Source of the DNA: Lepidodermella squamata
Lineage: Eukaryota; Animalia; Gastrotricha
Length of the DNA stretch: 64,000 nucleotides
Direction: 5' to 3'
NCBI GenBank assembly: GCA_047495785.1
Contig: JBLDXI010000016.1
Location: 930,001-994,000 of the forward strand
The notes beneath the pieces are model-generated. The model was not told where the DNA came from. It was given only the letters and a program-made list of their open reading frames with translations, and searched no databases. Positions 11,515 to 24,229 of this stretch are shown in pieces. Every line of letters starts with the position of its first letter. Within the stretch, counting starts at the first letter, position 1. A program made the position numbers and the translations under genes.

Positions 11515-11955
11515 ATGATTATTCGAATTCTATTATTTTGTTTCGCGCTTTTTGGTTGGTTAATGATGATCACTCACGGTGAACGAGGTCAATTTCACCA
11601 TTATCAATCAAGCCAGCTCATTCGGCCTCCTCGCAGTCATCACGGCCATCACCACAGCCACCATCACCACCACCACAATCATCATCGACCTTACGGTTCA
11701 AACTACGGCTACAACGGCGGCTATTATCACCACTCCTCGCCATGGGTCAAGACAAGCCGACTGGTCAGGGTTGAAGAAAACCCCAGACCGAAGCAATCGC
11801 CTCAGCTTCCAGATCTGGGCGATGACTTATCGATCCTGAGATCAAAATCGGCACCTCGCTTTCATCTCAGCCGTGAGAGGCTAAATGAACTTCACAAACG
11901 GAAGATCCCGATTGGCAAATTTATTCCGATACCAAGACCACAGCCATTATTATAA
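11515..11955 (+). CDS. Secreted histidine-rich protein
   Basis: ATG at 11515; hydrophobic signal MIIRILLFCFALFGWLMMITHG; tract HHGHHHSHHHHHHNHH followed by YGSNYGYNGGYYHH; AATAAA about 35 nt after the stop. Confidence 0.7.
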   Translation: MIIRILLFCFALFGWLMMITHGERGQFHHYQSSQLIRPPRSHHGHHHSHHHHHHNHHRPYGSNYGYNGGYYHHSSPWVKTSRLVRVEENPRPKQSPQLPDLGDDLSILRSKSAPRFHLSRERLNELHKRKIPIGKFIPIPRPQPLL

Positions 11956-12048
11956 AGCTATGATGTTGTTGATCAACCAGATTTTACAATAAAATGTACT
12001 GTTTTTTCAAGTTTTCGAGTTTTAAATGTCATTTGATGAAAATTCAGC

Positions 12049-13186
12049 TCAGTATTCCGCTGGTGTGAAGTCCGAGCACTCATCGCGATCCGCGCCCTGG
12101 TAGTAGCAGAACTCCAAAGACGGCTCCATAGCTACAATAGGCTCGGTCACGTCGTCATAGTTCAACGCAATAACTTCTTCGACAAAGTTGTAGTTATTCG
12201 CGTAGCTCGTCATAAAAATGTTGACACGGCCATTGCTCGACTTGAACTGGTTACGGCGGATCCAGCGAACAAAGGTGCTCGCAGCGCAAAGTCCGACGCG
12301 TTCCCTGAACCCACCTGTCTTCGTCATTCCATCGCGGAATTGAGCTGGCCCAGCTGACATGATGCCTTGAAGAACGAAGAAATTCGTGTCGTTGACATTT
12401 CTGGAGTTCAAGACCTAAAAAATAGCACTAGTTAATGATTAAAGATGGTTCCAAGTTGAACTAAACCCTAGGCCAGAATCCTTCCAAGACAGTCCTGTTT
12501 GCGGTATTAGGCCACGGGTTCCAGATGTGGCGGCGTCCCCAGGCAATATCAGCAGCTGGTCCGGAAGCTTCGTCATAAATAACAATGACCTGCTGATCGG
12601 CAATGCTCAAATCGTTCAAAGTCATCGATCTCGGGCCGTCGGGGTAATCAAGAGGGGTCGCAAGTTTCGCGTCGAAAATTTCACGAAGATTCTTTAAAAC
12701 TGTCGCATGCTGCTCGTCGGACATTGCGTAGGTATGTTCGAAGTTCAGAATGATGACTTCATCTGGGTTTTCGTCCAAGAATGTATTCATAGCCTCGAGA
12801 TCAGCGAAAACCTCGCGGCCGTACAGGTAGTGAACGAAGCGGAATTGTTCGCCGAATGGAGCGATGAACAGGACAAAATAACGCATGCCAATGTTGAGTT
12901 GGTCGACAAGGCTTAGCTCTTGCGTGATTGCCCATTTACGCATTTTGCACAGGAACTTATCATCACTGGCATTTGTCTGTTTTTGAACGGCGAAAACCTC
13001 CATGCTGGTATCGGGGCTGAATCCATCCTCGACAGACAGCTCGGCGGAGAAGGAATCATGTGATCCGGGGATGGCTAGTTCGGTCAAAGGCCTTTCGCGA
13101 ACTTCCTCGGGCAGATCAGCCATCCATTGTGGATTTTGCCCTGCTGAGGCTGAGGCGACGCAGGCGACCAGCAGTAAAAGACGCAT
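12049..13186 (-). CDS. Secreted PI-PLC X-domain (PLCXD-like) protein, 2 exons
   Basis: Signal peptide; WMADLP, LAIPGSHDS, WAITQ, QLNIGMRYF, FVH, EVIILNF, WPNT motifs; GT-AG intron at about 12415-12466. Confidence 0.85.
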
Positions 13187-13546
13187 TATTTTAATCTAAT
13201 TTTTTGAACTGTCAATGTTTTCTGCTCTTGGCTGCTCGAACCTTAAACGCGTAGTTGGCACATCTGCCGGCTCTTTGTTATTTTCGCGATCGAGAAGTTA
13301 TGTAAACACGTTAAGGATGGCATGCACAAACAAGCTAATATGGCACAGTTTTTTATGAGTATGAGATAAAGGCTGCCTGTAACCCTGCTCAGCTTTTCCT
13401 TGTACTTTTTCAGGATTAATGCGCGCGGAAAAAACTCAGACACGAGTTAAAGAGTTCGTGGTTTTTCAAACCTATGGCTTTTTCATCCCACTCAAAGTTG
13501 TTTCTTTAGTGGAAAATTATGCTGGAAAGATTTTCAAGAGGCGCAT

Positions 13547-16154
13547 CTACATAACACGAACGGCTGTGTCTGTTGAAGCCAGCGATGTTGGCGGGTGAAG
13601 CACCAATGGTGGTACTATAAACCGCCGGCCGTTGCCAAGGATTGCCAGAAATCGCCCATCTGGCACAGTTTTCACACGAAATTTCGCAAAAATGAAGTAA
13701 CTGCTTTGTAACTGGAAGAAAAACAAATAGATAAAACTCAAAAACTTCATCATTCACTAACCTTTGGTAGAAAAATTGTGCTAAAGTGTAGAAGGGATGA
13801 GAGAATGCTCGAACCGGCAATGGCTGTCATGAACATAACGAAGCTGTTTTGAAAGACTAAGCACGATACGGCGAATAAAACAGATATCCCGATGTCGCCG
13901 TAGACGCAAATGCAGAACTGAGCCAAATCGTTAATTCGAGGCAAAATGCGCTAAAAAATTAAATATTTACTCAATATTTTAAGGAGGAATTTTTGAAACT
14001 AACAGATTTAAGAAAGGTCGCTAAGAGGCCGCCGTAAATTGCAGTAGCAATGTGGCACACTGCAATAACGGATACGAAGACAAGTAATTGACCTGACCCA
14101 CATGAAGGCGAGTCTGCGTTCGCTCGTGCACAATCGAGTGTTGTTCGCACTTCGATAATGCCATCACCGTTGATATCGTCATCCGGCCACTTATTAACCG
14201 GGACAATTGTAACCGGGTCAGCTATAAGGCCTGTGACGATGAGGCCTAGATTGATGCATGTCCATGTTGTCACAATCATTTGGGCGATTGTGCATGATGC
14301 GAGTCGCGATCGCCGCCTACGTCGGTATACGTAGCGCGAGCCAAGGATTAATTTCGACATGACACTTGCTTGCGTCATCGCGAATCCAGTCACGCCGAAG
14401 ACATACATTAAAGATGCTACGCCGTAATTAGCTATCAATTCGTAATCAATAGCGGTGAACGCGAGAATAAGCACTTGAAGTAATGAAATGCAACTGCCGA
14501 TTAATAACGCATTATTGACGCTTGGCATTGATTTCATCACGGCGAAAGTTGTTCGGCAAGAGTATTGAAGGTAAAGAAAAGCAAGGTTAACAACCAAAAG
14601 TAACCCAGCGAAACAAGCGAAGGCGATACAAGCGCTCGCGGGCAGGGGCGGTACCTTCATTTCAGTTGTTGTCAACCTGTCTCGAGGTTGTTGGCCAAGC
14701 CAAACAAAGTCGCCATCAGGTCCAGCCGACATTGTCGCAGCGTCCTGCAGCAAATCGAAAGACCTAGTTCGGACGTAATTTTTCGCTTTGTCTTGCCATT
14801 GCATCGCGTATACAGGATAGGAGCTGACCTCAAGAGTGTCCCTTCGAAAGGCGATACGAGTTTGAATTCCTGGTGTATCGACCTCGAAAATGGTCTCGTT
14901 CATTAGCTTGAGAATCGTCGCCCCCTGGGTCAGAAATTTCGTGTCCGATGTTCTCCAATCTATTAGACTTTCATTTTTTAGTTTCAGCCGCTCTTCCGTT
15001 CTATTCAATAAATGCATGGCTGCGAGAACTTGGTCGTAGCAAGAAACTCTACTGTTCCAGCCCGATAACGTCGAGGCGCCGGGGATTAAAGCGGAGAGAT
15101 TGCTTGATAACGAGGAGTAAGTTCTCCCCGAGTCTGGCAGAGGTCTCTCAGTATTCTCAGCCCGGAACCCGACGAAAATCGACCGATTGACGACTTCACG
15201 AAGCCACTCGCGTTTGCACCAGGCTGGTCGGGATGGGTCGTCGATATCGAAACGCGTGTAAGGGTTGAAAATGAAGACATAACGCGGCCCGATAAGGTTG
15301 AACTGGTTGAAGAAACATGAGTACTTGAGGCAGAAATTGCAGTTAACGATGAAGATTCTAGCATCGGTTTTGACGATATCTGCAAGGCCTTGAACAATGT
15401 CGTCATCTGTCGGAGCTAGCCCAGGTGGCACGTAAATTTTTACCAGGCCTGTGAAGATAAAAAAACTATCGAGTAATATACCTAATTAACAAATCTTACC
15501 TAAAAGCGAGATATTGAGGCGCGTCATGTGCTGCATTAGCGTAAATTCTGGCAACGACCATGTTAGCAGTGTCTCGGAAATGATTGCAACCCGTTGCCAA
15601 TTCATTGAGTTCAAAAACTCTGCAACTGCCGGGGCTGATAGATGCATCGATGGCGATAAAGCATAGAAACTAGTCTTATCCATTGTCGGCGCTACAGTTG
15701 CTCCTTGCCTGCTATAGCGCCACTGCCCGCCTATAGCAGACCCGGAGATGCCGAAAAAGTTGAACTGAGGCACTAGTCGGCCAATGATTGTCGCAGAACC
15801 GCCACAGACTGATCCGACAACGACCGGGAATCTGTTGGTCGAAGCGTTGTCCTGATCCATCGCTCTTATAAATTTACCGGCAAATCCCATTTGAATGCAT
15901 TCATCGTCGATAAATTCAAGGGTGACGCGGTAATTTGGTAGAATTGCCGCCTGAGTGTCGTCGAGAGCAAGTCGCATAGCTTCGATGCAGACATCGCCAG
16001 GGTAGAAAACATGACCTCTTCGATTACCAAAAGTCAATAAGGAAATTTCACGGCTGGCATTAGTCGATAGGCGACTCGAGATGCGAACAATTTCTTGAGC
16101 GCTTTGAACGCTTAGAATTTGTATGAAAAAGACACCGAAGATTAGAAGGCCCAT
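13547..16154 (-). CDS. Divergent GABA-B-like class C GPCR, 4 exons
   Basis: Signal peptide; ILPNYRVTLEFIDDEC, MNWQRVAII, DARIFIVN, GPRYVFIF; TM region with MKSMPSVNN, INDLAQFCICVY and FLPK; three short GT-AG introns. Confidence 0.85.
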
Positions 16155-17439
16155 TTTATCACGGGCTAAAAATCAGCGGTGAAAAAGTGACGATAGGATG
16201 AATAATAAATAATCCCATCAAATTAACGATTGTGTCTAATATGCTTTGATATATGTGGCAACTCTTCGTTTTTCTGTCATGTGCTGTTTTTTAATGTTTA
16301 TGGCGGACTGTTATTAGTAATTCAGGTGATTAGCGAAATGCACGCGAGTAAAACGTCTCGCATTTCCTCGTGAACTATTGATTGTTCCACGCTCTTTCGA
16401 CTTATGTTCATCGACAGCGTCTGCTGTGATGGATGATCCTGGCAATGCGATGCTAATTCTAAATGACACGTATAGGAAATCAACGCCTTTTTGTGAGATG
16501 CACGACTTTAAATGTTGCAAGATACATGATGCCACTTTTACCTGGATTTTTGCGCGTTCCAGTTTCAAGCATGGTGATTTCAAAATCTCTCTACAACTCA
16601 GATACCGCCAAAGCTTTGCATTTCGCTAATAATTCTCAGTACTATCTTCCGGCGATGGAATGGCTCATAATACTACTGCATCCCTCTGATATAGGACTAT
16701 TGATCTACCAGGATATTCTATTACCAGCTATAACTTCAGAGAGAAAGTTCAAAACTTGAATCTCGAAGTAAATAAATCCAGTTTTTGGAATTTTACCAGC
16801 CTTGAAAGCGACGATCGGCTGCGCAAAAATATATCGATAATTGCAATTTGTCTGTGAAGTGTTTAATTTGGTTATACTGGATACTGTGATTCGCATGATG
16901 GTTAATCTCATGCCGTTGTTTGATTATCAGAGATAAAACTGCGCTTCGAGTGTTTTGAGGGGGTTATCAGAGTAGAAGACAAAGGGGAAAAGCCTGAGTC
17001 ATGAGTTTGAGAAATTATAATAATACCACTGAGAACGAGCATGAAAGTATATCGCAGTCAAAACAGCGACTTGAAATTTGAGAAACCGAATTTTTCGTCT
17101 ATTTTGAAGTTGTTTAGCCCGAATTCTGAGGCTTGAAATCGATATCGGCCGACCTAAGGTGTAAACCAAATGCAAAATGTATACAATCCAGCTAAATTGA
17201 CGATAGTAAAACTTTCGAAATTTGTTAATAATGTCTCGTTTGAGTTATTTCCGGAAACTTTCCTCAACAATGATTTTATTGCGAAATCGTTAAACATTCC
17301 AAAATGTTGCAGAATCGAGCGTTTCACTAATTGTAATCGATCAAAATATGAGTAATAATAATAGTAATCAATCTTAAATAATTAATAATTAAGGTAGTTG
17401 GTAACATTCACGCGACGCTGATGAATTCTCAGTTGAAAC

Positions 17440-17738
17440 CTAAAGCTGATACGTCGGGCGCTTGATACAGCCGAATCCCATAACGCCAACGCAATCACTG
17501 AAAATAATAGCAAAATCCGTATCTATCAATTTCAACCATTTGAACAGTCTTACAGTCCTGGGCAGCAATTTTTCGCGATCGGATCGCAGCTTCCACGCTC
17601 CTCGACACACTTAGGAGTCGTAGTTGATTTCCTGAGAATTTCCATGAGCCCTCCTTGTCTTTGAATATGACCTTCAACGCCGCCATTGCTGATCACTAGG
17701 ACAGCAATTAAGACAAAGCTTAAGGCCAAGGTTTTCAT
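17440..17738 (-). CDS. Secreted inhibitor-cystine-knot (knottin) peptide, 2 exons
   Basis: Exon 1 17554-17738, 56-nt GT-AG intron, exon 2 17440-17497. Joined product: signal peptide, propeptide, then CVEERGSCDPIAKNCCPGLDCVGVMGFGCIKRPTYQL (C-x6-C-x6-CC-x4-C-x7-C). Confidence 0.85.
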
Positions 17739-18437
17739 ATTGGAAATTCGCTTGATGATGCAAAAAAAAAGTAAAAGTTACCACACCGCACAGGAATTAC
17801 TTTGACTGAGGGCTGTGAAATTCTTATCTTATCTCAGAAAAAAGTACTCATGTAACCTTAATCAGCTTCTTGGCATTATTATTGGATTATTTATAAAAAA
17901 GGCAATTTTTTAAATGAAATATTTTATTCAACGGCGAGTTTGTTATCAAATATCAATTCTTTCCCAACAGTATAAAAAAAATCCGAATATTTTGTTTCAA
18001 CAGTCGCACAAAGAAGAGTTTGTTGTTAATTTTAGATTCGAACGGAAAAATTCGATGAAAGTTTCAAAAAGGCAGTTGGACATGCAGATTGACACATATA
18101 GAAAAATCAGAAAAAACGGAAAACAATTTTCGTCGATATTTTCACGGTACAAAACGAGAGGTTTGGAACCCAAGTTTAATATTTTAGTTGAGATGTTAAA
18201 AGCGAAAACAGGCATAATAGGTATATTAGGCGGCAGGTACAAAAGCAAACGAGTGCGGTGATGATTCATTATTCAACAAAAAACGAGAAATCGCACGAAA
18301 AGCGCATTGATGGACTTGAAAATTATAAAAATCACCAGCAAAATTATTTAGAAAAAAAAACGAAAATAGAAGAACATCAAGCTGAATTTTCTCAAATAAA
18401 GGACGATGGAATTTATTTACAAGTTTTCAAGATTTTT

Positions 18438-19676
18438 TTACAACAATCCATCAAATTCGGCGAAGTTGAGATAGGAGGAAAGACACGCCGGTAAGCCGAG
18501 TTTGTTGATAGCTTCAGGCCGTTGCAAAAGACCGACAGGCAATCGGCTCAAAATTTTCGCCCGGCACGCATTTTGCAAATCGAGCGGGAAATTCGCGCGA
18601 ACGAGGCTGTTGAAGCGAGGCAAAGAATTCGACATGAAATTTAAATTACCGTTCAAATCGAAAATTAAATTGATTTTTCGAAGATCCAAGCCAGTTATTT
18701 GCCGGCTTGCGATCAATAACGGTAACAAGGAACTTGCTCGATTTGCCACGAATTCAACCAGGCAGTAATCGATGCTTTTAAACGGATCAGGCGACATTTT
18801 GAAACCGGCTCGAATCAACGGCAGAATTACCGAGTTTAAAATTTGCCGGATATTTGCGTCGGAAAGCGATAAATCGACGTCAAGCTTAGCCAGGTCGCGA
18901 AAAGCTCGAGCCAGCGGTGAGAAAGACCCGGATGATTTTGATTGATTAATCGGTATCGATTCGATGATTGCCGTAGCTAGTTGCGGATTTTCCAGCGCGA
19001 TTTTGACCGGAGAAATGCTTCTGATTTCGAGTTCGGCGCCGTGTTTAACTAGTAACCGGTAAATGTCAACCACAGACTGTTTGTCGCCAGAGAATCCGTC
19101 TTCGATTAATTCGAAAAATTTCGTTAAAGGCCGATCGCCAGGTTTCTTAATTGATAACGACGCATTTGGCGGCGCGCCATTTTTCAGCAAAATTTCGACG
19201 CCTCGGCTCGATGATAAATTGATAGCTTGGTATAACAGAGATGTTAAAATGCAGATAGGGACAGATTCGTTGAAAGACCGCAGGCTGGCTTCGAGGGTGT
19301 CTAGATCATTGCAGCTCAACGCGCACCATAGCAGAAGTTCAAGATCGGTGTCGCTGCAATAATTTGTCGATGCGATTTTTTCGAGGAGAATTTCTAGAAT
19401 TTGTCGATAAATAGCCATGCAGTCTTCGTCGCATTGCTGGCTGTGGATGAAAATTTCGTTGTTGCCATGAAGCGAGGCGTCGTTGAGTGGAAAGCGAGCG
19501 GCTGGGTATTGGCTGAATTTAAGCAGGATTCGCCGGGGTGATTTGTCGAAACCGAGGCGGGACAGGGCGCTTTGAACGCAGGTCACGGCTAAATGGCAGA
19601 GGTCGGCGTAATATCCGGGCTCAGTAAGCGGGCAGTAGTCATGGGCGCAGACTGTTCGGCTGTGGCGGCCTTCCAT
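18438..19676 (-). CDS. Ankyrin-repeat plus SOCS-box protein (ASB-like), intronless
   Basis: Ankyrin-like VEILLKNGAPPN and IYRLLVKHGA; C-terminal SOCS box LQNACRAKI...INKLGLPACLSSYL. Confidence 0.8.
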   Translation of the reverse strand: MEGRHSRTVCAHDYCPLTEPGYYADLCHLAVTCVQSALSRLGFDKSPRRILLKFSQYPAARFPLNDASLHGNNEIFIHSQQCDEDCMAIYRQILEILLEKIASTNYCSDTDLELLLWCALSCNDLDTLEASLRSFNESVPICILTSLLYQAINLSSSRGVEILLKNGAPPNASLSIKKPGDRPLTKFFELIEDGFSGDKQSVVDIYRLLVKHGAELEIRSISPVKIALENPQLATAIIESIPINQSKSSGSFSPLARAFRDLAKLDVDLSLSDANIRQILNSVILPLIRAGFKMSPDPFKSIDYCLVEFVANRASSLLPLLIASRQITGLDLRKINLIFDLNGNLNFMSNSLPRFNSLVRANFPLDLQNACRAKILSRLPVGLLQRPEAINKLGLPACLSSYLNFAEFDGLL

Positions 19677-22365
19677 TCGACAGAAAACGAGATCAAAATA
19701 TTTTCTAAAAATTTGAAAAATTGTATAGATAATTTGCGAATTGATATGAATTGAAAAGAGAAGTGACTTGGTATCAACTTTGAATTTAAAGGCTAATAAA
19801 CTAGCCCCAGCGAGGGCCGAAACGTCACAGAAAAATGCAATCGAAATTAAATATAAGACTATGTCGCTTCGCTTTTTAATTATAAAAATTTAAACAATCC
19901 ACCTTAAAAAAGTTTCCCTCGCCCTTAAAATGAATAATCTGTAAAAATTGTGTTTATTTCTAATACGAATCAGTAAATAATACTGAAACTGAATACTAGG
20001 TAAGAGATATCATCCAATGACCTAAATTTGTATGGCGTGTGGGTCATAGATAGTAGGCTAAATCTTGCGTCTGGTCGAGTGACGGGTCAGATAAATACGC
20101 GCGTTTTTATTGCCATCGCAGTGCCAAACATAATAATATTAATAATAAAATGAGGATAGACAAAATAGGTGAGATGGCAATAGCAAGGCGGAGGACTGAG
20201 ATTTTATTACGTAAGAGAGCACAGCAGAAAAATTTCTCAGGGTCATCTCTCATTCTCAGGACAATTAAATAGGTATAAAATGTTGCTTTATCTCTGCGCC
20301 GCTAATAAAAATGAATCGCCATAAAATATGACTCAGATTGTTGATAAAGAAGACTTGATTCAAACAAATTGTAGAATTCTGTAGAAAAGAGGCGTAAATA
20401 ATTTGCAAAAAATATATCTGGGTTGTTTGAGATTTCAAGGAAAACATCTTCGAAATTAATTTGAGGGCATAATACTTATATTTGGCGACTCTAATGACAT
20501 ACCGGCCTATCACAGCTATTTATCAAAGGAAAGCACTAAATGTACGCACGAACCTGTGATGCGCTCGCGAGCAAGGCTGACTAAACACTCGAGCAGCGTA
20601 GGCATCAGCACATAACAGCTATTATTGCTTATTTAACATTAATATTATCCCGATCTACGAGAACAAGCAGGAGTAAAGAAACCCAAGCCCACGCACACAT
20701 ACGCGTACAAAACAGCTTGATGAGCAGCACGAGAAATGCTCTTGCTTAACCGTGCTTGTGGTCAGTATACAATAATAGGCTTAGTATTAAGGCAGCGGTT
20801 AGGGCTATAATGTCATAATAACAGCCATCAAATAGCCGCAGTATATGTATCGACGCCGGTGCGTTATAAGGTATTACGTCGATGTTGGTGTGGAATTTGG
20901 CGTTTATGCAAATTGGAACATCGCAGCATAACAATAATTATAAGAAAATATTCGCTAACCCCTCGAAATATGGTTATTTTCAAAGAAAAATCACGTAATT
21001 CAAGACCTATATCGTTCGAAAGAGCAATTCGCCCTGATTCGAATGGTATATGCCGGTAATTACATGAAAAAATTCGGAAAATGCCAGTTTTTACTTGACA
21101 ATGGTGCCAAAATAATCTGGCCCGCGCGCATATGCCAGCGGAGTGATGGCGGAACAGTGTGCGCGCATATGTCCTAGATGGCAAACAAAAGGTGTTTTGT
21201 CACGGATTTACGACAGCGTGTGTTTGAGATAGCAATATAATAATGCTAATAATAATACCGAGAAGTTATCACTTGAAATTTTGTCACGTCTGTTTTAGCG
21301 ATTTTCTTTGAACAATTAAAACAAAGATGATATTAAGTAGATGAAAACGCAATTTGGTGGAGAATCATCACGTGTGTGTGAGATATGCTATTTTGAGAGT
21401 TTTTGAATCTCGCGCCGTTTTTCGTTGCTGTTACCGCGCGTGTTTATTAATAGGATTTTCGAAACAGCAGATGACAGGTTGTTGGCGCGCGCGCGGCTTT
21501 TCACCAACACACACACACACTAGCCCTGTAATAAACAAGCAGTTTGCCGCGTCGTAATTTATAGCTGCTTTTGGATTAAAGCCCAGTGGCTGTTGAAATG
21601 TGTCAAGTGCATGTCAACTGATGCCTACAAAACAATTGCGGTTCACGGGCTGTTGAGATGGATCTTAAATGTCCCAAACTTGGGATTAACATCATACAAA
21701 AATATTCGTGATAATTTTTAATAAATAATAATTTTCATTTGTTTATTTACCAAGATCGGTATAGGATTACTTTGCCAAGGTCGTCTTGCGTATTCGTTTA
21801 CCGAATGTCGCAATTATACGGTAATTAAGGTAGCTGAGCAATTTTATACACAAAATAGCAAATTAGAGAACCCACAGGGCAGTTGACCTATATGCAAATG
21901 AGCGTCAAAATTACTCGTTAATTGTCCCACTTTTATGCAAAAAGTTCCAAAAATCACAAAAAATCAGGTAAAATTGGTAAAATCATCAAATTTTGCGAAC
22001 TGATGAGAAATCGCCTTCCCCGCCATGCTCTAAATCATCAAAATTTTCTGAGTCAACGCTGATTTTTTACTTTAAATTACGTCGAAATGGTAGTCTCGTA
22101 ATTATTTTTTCCAATATTTTCATGATCAAGGAATTTATTTTCAGGATTCGGAGTTGCTTGTCGATAATATTCAACCTTCCATATGACGATAAAAAATAGC
22201 TCGATTGAACCTCAGTTCACGATTTTATTTCGATTTCAAAAGAGCTAAAAAAGACGACAATCCAAAAGAAATGAAAATCGAAAAGCCAATAACAAGGATG
22301 AGGCGATCGAAAAAAGTGAAACCCGTATACAAAGTCAAACAGCAGCTGATGCAACAATGAAACGA

Positions 22366-23414
22366 CTAGAGTTTCTCAACAGGTGGTTGACTAATGGCGG
22401 CGGTATTATGCGGCATCCACGATCGGAACAGTTCAAGCGGTATCGGGAAAATTATCGTCGAATTGTTTTCGGTCGATATGTCGTGAAGTGTTTGCAAGTA
22501 GCGCAGTTGAATGGCACTCGGCGAGTCGCTCATCACATCGGCGGCTTCTTTGAGCGCCCGCGACGCCTTCTGCTCACCCTCCGCGCTAATCACCTTCGCA
22601 CGGGCCTCTCTTGTAGCTTCCGCCTCGGCAGCCTATTAAAATAAACAGATAAATTAATCCAACTTAAAATTTCACGCATACCATGTGGCGTTGCATATCG
22701 AGAGGCAAGCGGACGTCGGTGAGCTCGACTCGTTCCACCTTAATACCCCACGGCTCAGTGCCTTCGTCCAACATGTGGCTCAACGAGTGGGTGATTTGCT
22801 CTCGATCCGACAAAATCTCAGCAAGGCTTTTCATGCCTAGAATTGTCCGAAGTGTGGTAGCGGCTAATAAATGCGTGCTGCGTTCGTAATCTTCGACTTT
22901 GGTGACAGCTACGTCGGCATTGTGGACTCGGTAATACACGACTGAGTCGACTGCGACTGTTACTGAGTCCTTGGTGAGAATTTCCTGGGGTGGGACATCG
23001 AATGTTCGCGTTCGGAGGTCGACTACAGTTATTTTATCGATGCAGGGAAAAACGAAGAACATACCAGGCCCACGAGCACCTCCTTGGATTCGCCTGTTTG
23101 AGAAAAAAAATTCAGAAAATCATAGAAATAATTTCATCTGCCTTCAAAAATCTAGAGTTAACAGTTGTTGTGAAATTGAAAAAATTTAAAATTTAAATTA
23201 TTTTCATAACAAAAAATTCAGAAATAAATAGATTGAAAATTGAAAATTCCGAAAAATGGAAATTATTTTTGAGCAAAATATCTTACCCTAGGCGGAATAA
23301 AACGGCGCGCTCGTATTCCTGAACGATTCGAATGGCACAGAGAAGGGAAAACGGAAGCGTGAAAATGAATAATATAATGGAGCACGCTTTAAGGCAGCAT
23401 TCACCAGCGCCCAT
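22366..23414 (-). CDS. Stomatin / band-7 (SPFH) protein, 3 exons
   Basis: MGAGECC..RIVQEYERAVLFRLG|RIQGGARGPGMFFVFPCID..DVPPQEILTKDSVTVAVDSVVYYRV..WGIKVERVE..|AAEAEATREARAKVISAEGE..QLRYLQTL..IIFPIP. Confidence 0.95.
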
Positions 23415-24229
23415 ATTCTATGATTTTAAACTCAATTCATGCGATTAAACTGCTGTTTCTGATAATGACCTAGTATATTAAAGGTATAAAGTATTCAAGT
23501 TCTTTCCACTTGAGGTGCATAACTAGCCAGTGTCGCGGCCAGAGTGCGAGCAAAATACTATATAGGGAAATAGGATGATTGAGATACGAATTCGAATGAA
23601 CAGTTAATCGATGATGACCGAACATATGGTATTACTACGGTCAAGTATTACGAATTGAGGTATTTGTTGGTCACCTCAGCACTGGCGTAGTTTATCAGGA
23701 AAAGAAACACTGGTGAGTCATAGCTCGAGTGGTGTTATTCTCGAAGTTTATTCCGTTTATTAGCCTGTATAATCTGATAAAAATCACGGAATAATTTTTA
23801 AATCGCGCATACTCCAGCAAAACTAAGAAAAACATGAATATAAACCGAGGCAGAAGGCAGCGTAAAGTCGCAGTGGATATCAATATCAATTTTAGCACAT
23901 CTGTTGGCTGAGTAAATATTTTCAGAACTTTAAGGCGCATTTCCTAGCTAACAATCCATCATAATCCAACTTGCCGCCATACTACATGTACACGACAAGG
24001 TCTTTTTTCATAGCATCATCAGTCACGTGATCATCATCGCATCATCGCAAACACAACAATAATCGTTCATGACCCAGGTGCGAAATCAATAAATGTAATT
24101 ACCTGCAATTAAGCGCGCACGCACCTCAATAATCGGTTAGGCCCAGACGGGTCGGAATATTTAAATGTTCGAAAAGCACCAGATTGGCCTCAAATCGGTT
24201 AGTATTTTTTCATCGGCCGGAAATTTCAG

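Noticed and set aside
17914-18494. Lys-rich short ORFs
   Set aside because: AT-rich 3' flank and antisense overlap of the ankyrin/SOCS gene; no recognisable domain.
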